The notes: generated by a model not told the origin, from the letters alone. 58,918 bases of DNA, filler included, from Platydemus manokwari (GCA_037951405.1; 5 parts of 5 records of this genome joined end to end with filler, not necessarily neighbours in it), one strand, 5' to 3'. Counted from the first letter of the whole stretch, positions 27,600 through 41,875 are shown. Numbers and translations are program-made.

Positions 27600-28620
27600 T
27601 GTTATTTTTAATTTGGAATCATTCACATATTAAAACAAATTATGATAATTGATTTCCAATAATCATTCTGAAATCTGAAGTATGAATGGTGAATAAAATA
27701 TCGATTTTTCAGACATCCACAATTCCAAAAACCATTGCAATTTTTTTTGCCACATATTTGCCAATAAATATTATTTCCAAATTCATTTATGAATTTTATT
27801 TATTCCTCGTAAAATGAACGAGATTCTGTTTTGATAAAATCAATCGGCAATATTTGTAAATAAAATTCGTAATGAATTCATTAAAATCTCAAAGAACTGG
27901 ATCATTTTCATGAAAAACCAAATCAAATAATACATGAATATGTTAAAAAATATTATGTCCGATACAACTACACGTTATTACTCAAAAATTGTCAGATTTA
28001 ACCACTTATATAGATTGTATAAGGATTGGCCTGTATTTTATCGTAACAGCCAGCTAATGTGCTTCATTCATTAGATTCAATTTGGTGATATTATTAACGA
28101 TATCGTCACAAATAATAATAGAATGATGTAAAATATATCACAATTATTATTGATAGACTAATATGGTCTATTAACAAATATAAGAACATTACAATAATAA
28201 TAACCATAATAAATAGAAAATTTCAACACATTTTTGAGAATGGATTTTAATGTGCCTTTTATAAGATAAAAGCTATATCAATTTATGAATAAATAAATAC
28301 AGAAACTGGAGAACAATTGAGAACATTAAAGATGAAAATATTGAAATTAAACAAATCAATTAAAACCTCCCAATTAAAAACACAAAACATCACTGAATTT
28401 GTAATTAATTAGAAGCCCACAAGAGAAAAATTGAAATAATTTTTAAAAAATATTCGATATTTAACTAAACCGTCCAAAATAATTCTCCAAGAAGCAATAG
28501 AAAAATAATTAAATTCACATTTCAACTTTGGAGGAAATAAATTCATTATAACGAAATGGGATTCATGATTATCCAATGAGATGATATAGGAAAATATTAT
28601 TGGATAATAATAGATCATTC
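27600..28620 (-). pseudogene. Possible LRR relic D
   Basis: Broken frames NITKLNLMN, IQANP, NSLRILF, YQNRISFI, IHTSDFRMI. Weak support. Confidence 0.18.
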
Positions 28621-29452
28621 ATATATCAATACAATGTTGCATTTTTCATAATGTTTATATTCACAGGTTATTATTATTGTTATTATTATTAGTACTTTAT
28701 TATCATTGATATTATCACGGTTATATTAATGATTGTTATTAATATTATTGATTTTGCGTTATCAAGTCTTGTCAGCTGGACCGCCTGCAATATTAACTGA
28801 ATCTTGTAATGAATATTTCCAAAAATTTTTGATTTTAGAGTAGTTGTATTGTTTTTTTTTTAATAAAATTGCATATAAAGTTATAAATGGTGAATAAAAT
28901 ATGAGAAATTGTAACAAATTATTTTCGATTCCCCATCCTTGATTATTATTTAAGCTTATAAAGAGAGTTCCTTTGATTAAACGTTACACATACACAGAGT
29001 AAAAGTTTAAGCACAATAAATAATGGGAACAGGCAAACTTTTTCCAATCAATAGTAATTATTGGAACTTTATAATAGCCTTTAAATCAATATTTTTATTA
29101 TAAGCTATATCAGTATCTGTTATAACTTTTATCCATTTTTATGTTACAACAATAGACTGACAACAAATTAACCGAAAAATCAGATTAAATTTTTTGAGCT
29201 TTCCCTTATATATGACCAATGATTTTACCAATTCATGCTGATGGTCAGCAAATTGATTTTCGATGTTGAGATAATATCATAATGAATAATTTAAAAAATC
29301 CAAATTCGCATCGTGTATTCGAGGTAATAATATAATTATCGAATTAATATCTATCATAATTATATAGTAATATTATAACCATATCATAATATATTTCTAA
29401 CATTATTATTATTTATACTTGATAATTATTATCATCATTGTTATTTGGATTA

Positions 29453-29552
29453 NNNNNNNNNNNNNNNNNNNNNNNNNNNNNNNNNNNNNNNNNNNNTTAA
29501 TTAATTAANNNNNNNNNNNNNNNNNNNNNNNNNNNNNNNNNNNNNNNNNNNN
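29453..29552. other. Assembly gap spacer
   Basis: N44-TTAATTAATTAA-N44. Confidence 0.97.
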
Positions 29553-29994
29553 CATTGTTACTGCAATTTAAAATTTTTTAGTTTAAAATTTTAATTAAGT
29601 ATTCTATATGATTCAAATTAGAGATTGTTTGTTATTGATTTATTATTGATCTAAATATCAATCAATTATTGTGTTAATTCGTCTTTATAATATTATATTA
29701 AATGTATGAATATCATTATACCAACACACATATACAGACGTAATTTTGTTAATCTTGTGTGTGTGCTTTGAAAATACCTTTGTACTCGGTACGTATCATG
29801 CTGGTAAACAAATCCATGTTAGTGCTGAGGTAGTTCAATTCAATACAATTCAATATGTATATACCATTGCTGATACTATATAAAAATCATTTCATTGAAC
29901 ATTTTTGAAATTTTATTTCACGGTTAGTTTTATTTTGTTTCTTCAGATTAATTTTGAAACTCATGAAACACGTTGGAATAATTTCCATTTATCG

Positions 29995-31195
29995 TTATGG
30001 TCCTGAAAAAACCAAGTCAAAGAAAGATTTTAGCCCTCCACTACAGATCATTAAACAAGGAAGAATCACAATAGTACACTTATTTGGTTGGAAATTTGTG
30101 CTTAAATTGTTCTGGATAGAAACCTTGATATGAATCAGATAATATTTCAAATTATCAGAAATTTTCCCTCTTATTTCATGGTAAACGGTTATATTTTTGC
30201 GACAAATTTTGCTGAAAGTTTTCAAAATTATAAATTTCTAGTTCTCCAATGGGACTCTTGTCAAATGATCATTTTTAATGGATATTTAAAATAAGTAATA
30301 AGTTCTTCCCAAAGTTTATAGCCATGCTTCACATATGATGAACCATAAATTAACGGAATATCTCTCAATGAATATGAGCTCCTCCATCTTTCATATATCG
30401 GCAATTTTACTTGATTTTCTTCTCAGAGACGTTCCCATGTTTTTCATCCCAAAAATCCCTCTGAAAAATCAAGTTTAGATAATAGAAAATAATAATCTTC
30501 ATATCGGAAACGCATCTCAGATCCAGCATAGTATTTATCAAAATCTAAAACTTTGAAATATGTTTGAGAGATTTCAAAAACAAGATATCTTTTTTATTTG
30601 AAAACAATGAAAAGAATTATATGTTAGATGTATTGCGAACTATTTTTATAATTATTTATGATAAATTTATTTTTTAAAACATTATTTCTATAAATGTTTT
30701 AAATTTTTTGAAAAGACAATGACACAACAATACACACACCGTCTTATTTTTACAATAAGTCACACATATATTACACAAAGATTTCTTTCTAGTTTAGACT
30801 TGCGAATGTAACGAATACACACATAGTCGGAATTAATAGTCAGTCAGATAAAATTACACATATTTTGGTTGAATTGGAATGGGGATTTTAATGACCAGAT
30901 TAATAAAATATTTATATAAATTTAAATGTGAAAAATATTTTTAATTAATTCGTATCAATGGATTTATTTATCCGTCAACAGATAATGATAAATTTCCAAC
31001 CAATCCTGAATTAATAAGCCAATATCACTTGCAAAGCCTTCTCGAATTTCAGTTAACAAATGACACAATCTACTTCTGGTTGAAGGTTTGCCAAAAATGA
31101 GCTCCAATTTCTCGTTAAAGGGTAAACAATTCACAAAAATTATCAACATAAAATTCCCATAAAAATCATACATAAATCAAATTAATTGATAACAA

Positions 31196-31241
<46 letters not shown>

Positions 31242-33061
31242 TTGTAATTCGTTTCTACTGTAAATAGTTGGTTTATCAACTAAATCTATTTTATAATTTC
31301 TCCATTTCTCCTTATTGAAATGCAAAAAGGCAAAATTGTCGAATTAACAACAACTGAATCAATCGCCTCTGTTTTGCATTGGGATATAGATTCGAATTTC
31401 CATATTAATTATAATAATGTTGGTTGTATTCATATCTATTGGCTTGCATAATAATAATGTGACAGCTTAAACGTGAAAACGAAATTCTGACAAAAAACAA
31501 ATTCGCTTAATTCTCTTTTCATTTCTCAATTCGATAGATGTTATTAAAAATCTATTCTTTTCTATTCGATATCATCGAAAGTCAAAGGGTAACGTTTTTC
31601 TTCTCATCAAACAAGCCTGACGACTGATTGAAGAAATTTATTTTCATCAAAATATTTTGCAAAAAACATGTCTTAAAAATGTCCTTTTAAAATTCTTGAA
31701 TAAATTTTCTCGTGACACACGCACATACATATACGTATATATCTTCAGACATTTCGATACTTATTACTACTTTGGTTAAAGCCAACTTTGCAAGCATTGG
31801 TAGACCAATTTACATTATCCAAAGTCACTTTCGTATCTAAATATTTTCACATATTATGATAATAGATAACCATATTAGTTTAATCCACTTATTGGTGATA
31901 CTCTAATATTTATCATTTTCACTACACCACTTTAATCGATCACTCTTCTTTACTGTTTCTCGTTAAGATTTGACCTTCCAAAGTTCCCACTTACATTGAA
32001 TTTGAAAATTATAATTTTATCAAATGCCTTTGAAATATTGTGCTGGGATTGTTTTTGTTGGAATGTGATCTAATTGATTTCGTTTGCAGGTTTTTCAGGA
32101 ATAGAATACACTTCAATATTAAAATGGGAAGAGAATTTTACTATAATTTTCCATCATATCATGCTGAATCTCATTTTCAGACGAGAGAAATTTTTATTTT
32201 ATCTAGATATTTGAAAACACTGAGCCTCATGGCTCCTTATTTGACATTCTAAAGGCAGAAATTTTCTAGAAAAATCTTATTCAAATACATACATAAATTT
32301 GTTAAATCCTTGCTCTTGTAATACTTTATTTGAAGAAATTGTCAAGCTTCAAATTATCTACATTGATGATACAATTGGTAAAATCATATGGTGGATCCGA
32401 TTTGTGTGTGATTTTCCCTCCTCCATTTTATCGTCAGTCATAATTCTATTATTGTTGATTTATCAGAAATCTATAAAAATAATTTTTTCTTCGATGAGAC
32501 GATTCTAGATTAAATATTTCTGCATAAAAATATATTTGGAAAGCCAAAGTATAATTAATAAGAAACCCTTCAATGCGTTCCCCTAAAATCTGGTTAATAA
32601 GCTATTAATAAAGCTGTCTGCATTTCTATAATAACCCAAATAGGTGGTGTGAGAAATTATAAAAAAAATAATTACAAAGAAGGACAACATTATGATAAGC
32701 TTCAATTCAACAATTTATTTATCTTCTTTCGGTTTTCTTCACTCACATTTTTCTGTATTCAAATATTATCATCTTGAATTTTTCTCCTACTTTTACTGAG
32801 AAAATAAAATTTACAACAAATAAAATTTAGAACCATTAAATGATATTTATTTTCTTTTAGTGTAAACATAAACCTTAGTTTTTCAATTTCTTTTTATCCT
32901 TAAAATCACCAGTGCAATAGACAAGGTTTTGGTAATAACCAGAAAAGGTTGATCTATAGAACTCAAATAACCCATATGACTGTCAATTGTTACTGTGGTC
33001 GATATTTTGATTGGAAAAATTCCAAATCCTCAACAGGAACATTATCAAAAACTAATATCAT
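29995..33061 (-). pseudogene. Decayed multi-exon gene of unknown function
   Basis: ATG at 33061 (MILVFDNVPVEDLEFFQSKYRP) and several short GT..AG intron-like segments. Long coding-like stretches (DFDKYYAGSEMRFRYEDYYFLLSKLDFSEGFLG*KTWERL*EENQVKLPIYERWRSSYSLRDIPLIYGSSYVKHGYKLWEEL; LIFGKPSTRSRLCHLLTEIREGFASDIGLLIQDWLEIYHYLL) are interrupted by TGA stops and frameshifts. Confidence 0.35.
31196..31242. repeat. (ATT)n microsatellite, ~15 units
   Basis: Perfect ATT run. Confidence 0.95.
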
Positions 33062-36000
33062 GATTTTGAAATTTTAAAATATTTTGTAATGAATGTGAAA
33101 ATAAAATAATAAGAATATATTATTCATACGAATGAGTTATATTTAGTTCATAGTCTTTTTCTGCCAGAATACTTATACTGATTAAGAAATCCAGTAATAA
33201 AATCAGATTTATCTCGATAAATGCATGAGCAGAAATATTGATTATCTCTCTTTAATGTTAGTCTTTCATGTTTTATTTAGTCGCCTGTAATTTTATGATA
33301 ATCTCTTACGAATAAGATAATGATTTAACAATTATTTAATTATTATAATAGCATCTTCATAATGATAATTAAACCATTAGTTATTCGTCACAATAATATT
33401 TCCAATTAATATAATTTATCAAGACTAGCGGTAAATTCAGCTTTGAATGATTTTCGTCGTATTGTTGGTGCACTAAACGGAAAATCTTTGAAAATTGATT
33501 GTTGTCGAAAAACAATTTTCAAAAATATTTAAATGAAAATCAAAAAATCAGTAGAAAATTTTGAATTATTTCGACAAAGCTAATTTTTGGATTGATATGA
33601 GTCAACAATTATTAATTAAAATGGTTATTGTTTATCTGAATCATTATAATGAATTGTAAATAGCGATTTTCAAATTTTTAAACGTAAAATCCATAATGTG
33701 ATGATTTTCATTAATTTTCATTTACCGAAAATTTGAAAAAAATCAAAACAAACCAAAAACAAAACAAAATAATTAACTAATAACTTCTAATTAATACCAT
33801 CAGCAATTATTTTTAAAATATCATTTTACCTTTTTTTCACCAAAAAAATGTTTAATTCACTGGGAAAAGTAAAACCCAAATATTGTAAATTATTTAAAAA
33901 ATTTTTAAAAATGATCTTATTGCGTTTAAAGATGAAGTTGTTTTTAATTTAAATTTGTTATTATCGGGATTTGAATCACTTATAAACCTCAATAGCTCTA
34001 ATGGTAAAACAATTTAGAATTCAATATATTTGAGTTCTTGTATTTGAAGGCAAAGCTTATAAATTAATAAACATGTATTACAGTCGACCTCACAATATTG
34101 GGTTATTCATTTGCCATACATTATTATGGATAATTTAAAATTTTTTGTCAAAATTTGATTTTTCTAAATTCCAATATCGCTTCAACAAATGTGGTTCAAT
34201 TTCTTTGGTTGGATTGATGGAAAAAATATATAATTTGAAATTTAAACCGGATTGATATTGTTCCAGATCGGGTATTGCCTTCTAGCAATAACCACGTGTA
34301 AGTGATATTGAGATGATTCACTTGTAATGAGAGTATTGATCTAAATTATTAATCGGGGTTCCAATGTATTGGCAAACTTTATTTCGTTCTATTTTCATTA
34401 AATATTTTCTTTGTCCTGATTTTGAGTTTAGCAAAAGGAATTTTCGACCAACTATTTCCCTCCATTTCTTTCATCATTCGATATATTATTATCACATATC
34501 TTATATTATAATCTTATTTTTAAAAAAAAATTAAGAAAAACAATAAAAAATTTTCGTAACGTTGAAAAATCTGTATTTTGAAAGCAATTTGTTGTGTTTC
34601 ACCAATCACACCAACAACAGGCAAAAAATATTCCCCCACAATAGCGAAAATATGAATTTTATTTGATAGAGTAGAGAAACTTTTAATCGATCGATTTGGA
34701 AAATAAAATCCAAATGTTGAGCTATTTGAGACCAATAACAACAATTAGGAACAAAAAAATGAAAATTCATTTGAATATTTTGGGGTTTTTTAACAGATAT
34801 TACAGCTCAAATGAAGAGGTTTTTTTTCGTTTGTTTCTGTTGGAGTATTTTGAGTTAAAAACATTGCATATAATAATAATAAACACATATTTTGTATTTA
34901 ATTATGTGACACTACAGTTAAGGTACTACGATCTCTTGGATGGTGGTACTAAGAATAAAGAATCATTTATAATTGAATTATCGACATTGAATCCCTGGAA
35001 ATATCTTCTAGGTCTCTATCTCGATTAGGTTAATATTTGCAGAAAAATCACGTCTGATTTATATAGGTACCCTCAACGAAATAAAATTTGAAAGAAACAA
35101 ATCCAATTTATTTGTGTGAGCGTATGGTTATGAGGGATTGTTCAACATGCAGTCTACCTATAGACCGGTTTTGTAATTCTTTCTATTGATTAGTATTAAA
35201 TAAGGCGTCGAATCCGTTAATTTCTAATTAATGGTTAAACCAAATGAACAAAAAAATTTTAAAAAAAAATAAAAAAATAAATATATAAATAAATAAATAC
35301 AGATATTCATATTTAATACATCATTCTTATATATAATTATAATTATAACACTGACATCAGTTTGGCTATCTTCATTAATTATTCATGTGGGAATGGCAAC
35401 ATTTGTTGGAACAAATAATGTATAAAATGCTTAGCGGAACGAGAACTCTATCGTAGATTAATTTGTATGTTCCAAATAGAACAACTATTAAGTTATGTTT
35501 TTTTTTTTCCAATTTTTCAATCCAAATATCGTTAGATTTCAACTTGTAAGGATTTTCAATCCGATTTGTCAGATCAAATCACGATTATATTGAAACTTGA
35601 TTATGTGAAATCTTATGTCGATTTTGGCTTTCATTAATAGCGGACATTTGTGACGTCATTTTCAAAATATTACGTTTGGATTGAAAGAATTCAATATTAT
35701 TCGATTATTAAATGCTGTTATTAATAGAGTGCGTTGGATTTATATTTATTCCATAAATTAATACTCTCTGTCTAAAACAATGTATCTGTCTGTATCCGTG
35801 CTTTATGCATCTATGGATATGGATATTAATTATATTACCACTACCTCACATCCTCAAACGGTAAATTTATATAAAAATCCATGCCAAAATTATCCACAAC
35901 AACGCTTGATATCTGCAATAATTTGTCGTCTCAATTTGTAGAAATCTGGCAACCCTAGATACAGAAGAATTGTAGGTATCGATTTCTATGATAATTCTAA

Positions 36001-37090
36001 GTCTATTCGAAAAAAATGTCATATAATCCGTTAATTTTAACTGTGTCATGGCACCGTTTTAATTATATTAGCTGCTCGTTAGTTCAATGCAAGGCCGGCG
36101 AACATTTAAAACAAGAAATTAATATCTTCAGTCTGGCTTCTAGGATAAATCCAGTGATTGAAACATTCATTTACAAATATTCGTAAGTTATGAGCTAATT
36201 TTCCATAATCCCAACTCAACCAACATCATCGCAGCTTATTCAAGTAAAGCCGGAGATGAAATAAATCTATCGCAAAAAGAAATTCGCCACGGATTTCACT
36301 TGTTTTCGATTCATACGAAGTGTGTATGTTTTCTGATATCTTCCACATAATAATACATTTTTGGCATTCGTTCTCAATAATGTCTTTTTTGCAGTTTTTG
36401 ATAGATGAGGAAAATAACAGAGATAATCAACCATCCCGCCTTGTCGGTACCATGACATGGGTTAAAAGATTCTTGTCGTATTCCGGGAAAATCATAAAAT
36501 AGAAATAGAATAACAATTATGACATCGAATATGTTTATTATAAATAATAATTTTCTATTTAATTTGCGGAGCTCGTTTGACAAATAGGTGCATTATAATT
36601 ACTACAAGGCACAATTAATTCGTCGTTATTTATCTTATTGATATGGTTCATTGGGTTCTGATGGGAATCCATACATCAATAACATAAGAAAATGCTAGCT
36701 CACCACTGTTGATAAATAGCAGGGTGTGATGTAATCATATCGTGCCCCCTATCTCAATGAATAATATAATAGCATGTCAATATCAAAATCGACACACATG
36801 CCTTAGACCGCTACACTACTGATGGCTCCGGTTGCCGAAATTATTTCCTCCAATGGCAACGAACTCATTACGAAGCGAATGACTCTCACCGATATCATCG
36901 GTATACCATTTTCGTCATCGGATATCCGGGATATTAATTCCAAATTCCGGGATATTCAACCAAAATATGGCATCTCCATAAAAGTGCGAAATTGGTGTGT
37001 GTTTGCGTGCATAGATGTTGTGTGTAAGAATGCGCGAAATTTATAAAAATATGAATAAAATATGAATAAAGTCAAAGAAGATAAACTCAC

Positions 37091-37232
37091 CCGATGTTTC
37101 GTTTTGGCAAGTTTCGATTGATGTTTTGTTGGGAAATGGTTGTACATTGCCACCGGAACTGATCGGGGTTGATTGGTCGACTTTGGTCATGTCGAGAACA
37201 TTGGTGAGCAAGGGATTCGGTAACAGATTCAT
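37091..37232 (-). CDS. Putative first coding exon of an unidentified gene
   Basis: ATG preceded by an in-frame stop; MNLLPNPLLTNVLDMTKVDQSTPISSGGNVQPFPNKTSIETCQNETS followed by a consensus G|GTGAGT donor. Upstream lies a GC-enriched, (CT)/(GCA)-repeat-rich 5'UTR-like region. No downstream exon was identified. Confidence 0.4.
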
Positions 37233-39135
37233 TAGTTAGCTGTTTGGAGATTCTTTAAATTGAGATATCGGGAAAAAGTGGGCTATCCAAATGATCTTTC
37301 GTAGAACCTGCCGGCCGACCGACCGATAGCGACAGAGCCAGAGAAAGAGAGAGGGAGACTGTCAATGACAAAATTGACGTGGTATAAAAATTTAATTTCC
37401 AACAATCGACACGAAAAAAATGTGATTTTATCCTCACACTGAATACGAATAACAAAATTAGTTGCGATATTTTATTTGAAATTATTAGCCAAGATAATTA
37501 AGTCTAGCTCATTATCTTCATTATTAGCTGCGAGTTACTGCTGCTGATGCTGTAGTCATCTCTTCCAGCTATCACTGATGCTGCTGTGTTTTGCCATGTC
37601 TTTTACCACTGTGTTGTTCCCATTACTACTGCCCCTTTAATGACGACGATGAATATGTTTGTTTGTCGATTCTGCAGGCCTTGGTAGAGAAAATAAGTTT
37701 GTGCCACAGCCTTAGTATAATTGTGGCAGTACCGATAAGTAGCGTCACATTTAGCCCTAATTGTAATTATAGCAGTTTCGACTAAATAAATTTCTACCAA
37801 GGCTTTTTAACACTGCTGAGAATGATTATATGCTGCTGCTGTTGTCTGTTTTTGTTATTGGTGCGCTATATGCGGGTATGATATTGCCCCATTATTTCAA
37901 CTACTCTGTAAAGGCAGCAGCAGCAGCAGCAATTATAAATCTTGGTTTGTTGGCAATATTCCCCAGCCCAAACAGTGTTCCGTGATGACTGCTAGTCTGG
38001 CATAAAGATTTATGCAATTCAGTAATAACTTCGACAAGCCAATTGTGTGTGTAGCCAACATTGATATCGGTTTTTCTCTCTTTTCCCCCCGTATAATTAA
38101 CGAGTACTTTACATACAAACTTTGTCTCTCGTTGTTTTGATATCGCACAACGATCTCTTCTTGAATAATACAAGATTGAATTAATATTAATTTTTTTTTC
38201 CTTGGAACGTAATATCAGTCACATGAGCTCGAAATTAGCCAAAATAAAAATTACAAAGAATTGAAGAACATGGAAATATTCACATGAATGTGTATGTTTG
38301 TGTGGGTGTGTATGGGTTCTGGCTATGAGTGTACTACGGCAGTGTAAGTGTGTGAGTGTATGTATATCTGTAACTGAATGAGTCTAATCTGGCATGGTTC
38401 AATTTTTGGTCGAATCTCTTGTTATATTACAGTAGTAATCTCTCATTAAAAATTCTTGTTAGAAGATTCTCGTCTCAATTATGCATAATTTATTTTCATT
38501 ATCAAATACTGTCGATTATCTTAACATTTAACCAACTGCACACCGTCTCGTGCACACTCACATACACACACTCGATACGTACACACATGCATGCATATAA
38601 ACCAGCAAACTCTGCACAGGGATTGAACAGGGATTTTTCATTTGGCCGAGGTTGGCAAATTTTGTTTGTTTCGAGTAATTAATAATCCAAGCCTGAATAA
38701 ACACTGCCCAATATCAGATAAACCCCAACATTCTTTATGATTGGCCAATAACTAGTTGTTTAGATTCTTTCTTTTTTTTTCCTATCATTTTATGATTATG
38801 ATAATCAATTTCAGACCCAAGTAATTTCGACTAATTAAGTTGATTTCAATTCTGTATTATATTTCACATTGGTCAGATGAACGATGAATCCCAGTCCTTG
38901 AATTTAATCAATAATTCTATGATTCCAACAATATTCTCGATTTTATACAATTATTCACAACGATATTTATATAGATATATAATTGTGAAATAGAAATATT
39001 ATTATTTATGGTACACATAAATATTATTTACTGACGAACATAACTGCATTGTGTTCACATATTTGAGAATAATTATCAAAGATAATCGGAGAATAATTAC
39101 AAAATTTATGATAACAGAAAGAGAGCTAACAAGCG

Positions 39136-39157
39136 AGAAAGAGAGAGAGAGAGAGAT
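39136..39157. repeat. (GA)n microsatellite
   Basis: gaaagagagagagagagagatt. Confidence 0.8.
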
Positions 39158-39959
39158 TGAAAAAGAAATTAAATATTTCTAGAATTATTTTTGAAAAAAA
39201 ATATGGCGTGTAAAACCTTGTGAAAATCGTAAATGATTTTCGGTTTGGATTTTGTGAAAAATGAGATAGGATTCTGGAAATATTTATGCCAGCTAATTAG
39301 TTTAGTGATCAAGAAATTTTTCACCAATTTTTAGTGGAAATTATTTGAAGGAAATTGATTTTTCTTAAATTGATAATTGATGAGGTCTAGATATGATGAA
39401 CCGAATGTCAGGGTACGTGGAATAGTTATATTCACCACACAGTATGATTGGAATGCCAATGGGAACTAATAAAATCTTTATGTATGCCTCAAAATCCTTT
39501 TATTAAAAGAATAATGATGTGAGTTCAGTTATTTTTATTTATTTTTATTATTTCTTCAACTACTATTTTCATCCCATTCCAATATTAGTATCAATCGATT
39601 GTAGTCAGAACCAACAGTGAAAAATCAAAGAATCATTCATTCCAAACTATCTTCTGCTTCTCAACACCACAATAATCCTGATTTTTATTTATTTATTTGC
39701 TCTCTTGATTTATCTATTTAACATTTTTTTTTTACAAACATTTGAGTTGAGATAAAAGTAATTTCGTATTTCTTGTTTGTATTTGGTCAATGGGAAATAG
39801 CTAATAAGAATCATTGTTGATTTATAAAATCAAAAATATGAATACAGTAAAATGCCGAATATAATGTGTATTTTTTGAGGTGTATTTTGAATCATAAAAG
39901 TTGCAGTATGTATAAGATGCACTGTTTGCACATTTCTATAATAAACAAAACATATCATT

Positions 39960-41330
39960 ACCAAAGATATGAAAACACCTCACCGGGATACTATTTTCGA
40001 ATGAGATGATTTCTCTTGGGAAGAAGATAACGTTTTAGGCATTTTGAATGGCTTTCGTATTTTTACGATAAAGACGAAGGTGTTTATGAAACTCACGAAG
40101 GTGAAATGGAAATAAAAGATAATAGTTCCGAAAATTTCTCAAATTATCAGAAAATTTCACTGTTATTGTTGATGAAAAAAATCATATCGAAATGTTGTGA
40201 TTAGAATAGGAATTTGGTTTAACCATCCTATTTAGTTCCTATTCGACATAATACAATGTGAGATATCAACTGGACTATATAAATAAATTAGCTTTTACAA
40301 AATGATAAAAAAATTTCAGAAATAAAGTCAAATATGTAAAAATATTTATTGTTACGAAATTTGATGATTTCTTGATTTCTTCTTCTTGCTTTCCAACCTT
40401 TGGTTATCAATATAGCACTGTGAATCATTGTAAGTGCTTTGTGAATCCGGATAACCCAGGCTTTTGTATTCAAAACGTTGAATCGACATGAAATTATAAT
40501 TTTTCTTTTCTGATAGCATTTAGCTAAGCTAGATATGATAAACATATCGTTAAAAATAAATTTCAAATTATAAATAATACACGAAAAATCATTACATTAA
40601 TATTAGGCCAAAGGATAATTTTTCCTAATTTAAGTAATTTATTGATTTTTTTATATAATATTTTCATGAATTTATACCTCAAATTCAACGGTTTTAAGTC
40701 GTGCACAATACATCATATTAGCTGCAACTCGTAAATGAACCATTTTCACATAGAGATATGATAAATTTCGAAAATATGAGTATATAAAACATAAATTCCT
40801 TAAACCAGACAAAGTGAAGAATTTGATAATACTTACAGTCAGTACTATCTAGTAAAAAAAATGAATCCTACTGAATAAGAAAGGAGACAAAATCATTTTT
40901 TTAAAGAGCCGTTCATATATAACTCCCAAATACAAGTTAAAGAATTCAATGAAATATATGAGACAGAATTGAGATGCATTTTCCAACTGAGCAAAGTCAC
41001 TGGTTCAATCTACTCTGCTCTAAATTTCCAGCCACATCAAAAGTGACCTTTTCACGTTATAGACGCTAAAATTAAAACTCTACAATTTCAATGAAAAATG
41101 AAAAAATGCAGACCAACTAAGGCATTTAATCCGGAGACAAAGAATCCGCCCAATAATAAGGTTAAACTTATATTTATATTTAGTTTGATCTGTAGAATTA
41201 AAGCTAATAAGAGGACATGTGTTTAAATTTGATTCGAGAACAAATCTCATATCCTGTAAATTCAAGATCTAGACGGTTGATAATGTTCACAAACCTGGGA
41301 TAAACATTGTCAAGTAAATTCGTTGAATAA
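39960..41330 (-). pseudogene. Decayed, apparently intronless LRR-GPCR (GRL101/LGR-like) relic E
   Basis: Ordered motifs across broken frames: LRR-like FDVAGNL, FRNLSYLYV and HLRVAANMM; hinge KCYQKRKIIISCRFNVLNTKAWVI (cf. C.P....SSC.DLL....LR..IW); TM2-like SNFVTINI/FDFISEIFLSF; SHCICRIG; TM3 end LITTFRY (DRY-like). Confidence 0.45.
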
Positions 41331-41483
41331 TTAAAACTAGAGCAAGTGGGTTTTACTAATCTTAAATAATATGGCATCATGATTATTATCTATCGATAAA
41401 AGATCAGGTAAATATAACAGCTGCTAGACGAATTGAACAAATTAATATTCGGCCATTCGAAATTCTTTTCTTCTGTTGCGCAA

Positions 41484-41583
41484 NNNNNNNNNNNNNNNNN
41501 NNNNNNNNNNNNNNNNNNNNNNNNNNNTTAATTAATTAANNNNNNNNNNNNNNNNNNNNNNNNNNNNNNNNNNNNNNNNNNNN
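41484..41583. other. Assembly gap spacer
   Basis: N44-TTAATTAATTAA-N44. Confidence 0.97.
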
Positions 41584-41875
41584 TAAAAAATATCATACTA
41601 ATAAATCGTGATAAACTCTGATGTTATTACCAGGAGAAGGATTTCTCTTAAAATATTGATCTTAAAATTCTTGGACGCCCTTACTGTAAAACGTTATTAA
41701 TAAAACCTGTATTCTACAATGACTCGTTATTTTAATCATGGCAACGATTTAAATTGTATTTTTGAATTGGATCGTACTTAGATATTTTAAATTTTACTAA
41801 ATCAGTGGTCTCGTTTATAAACTTTGAATCAATTAGATCACCTAAACATCAACCGCATATAATTATATTCTCTAA

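Noticed and set aside
38395-38415. AATTTTTGG Sm-site-like motif (snRNA or SL RNA?)
   Set aside because: No recognisable U snRNA or spliced-leader sequence and no flanking stem-loops; expected by chance in AT-rich DNA.
40370-40430. IQ-motif-like HSAILITKGWKARRR
   Set aside because: Lacks the IQ core; better explained as the TM1/ICL1 region of the decayed GPCR.
8840-41583. Four identical TTAATTAATTAA palindromes embedded in N runs
   Set aside because: Scaffolding spacer with six-frame stops, not biological. Adjacency across these gaps is unverified.
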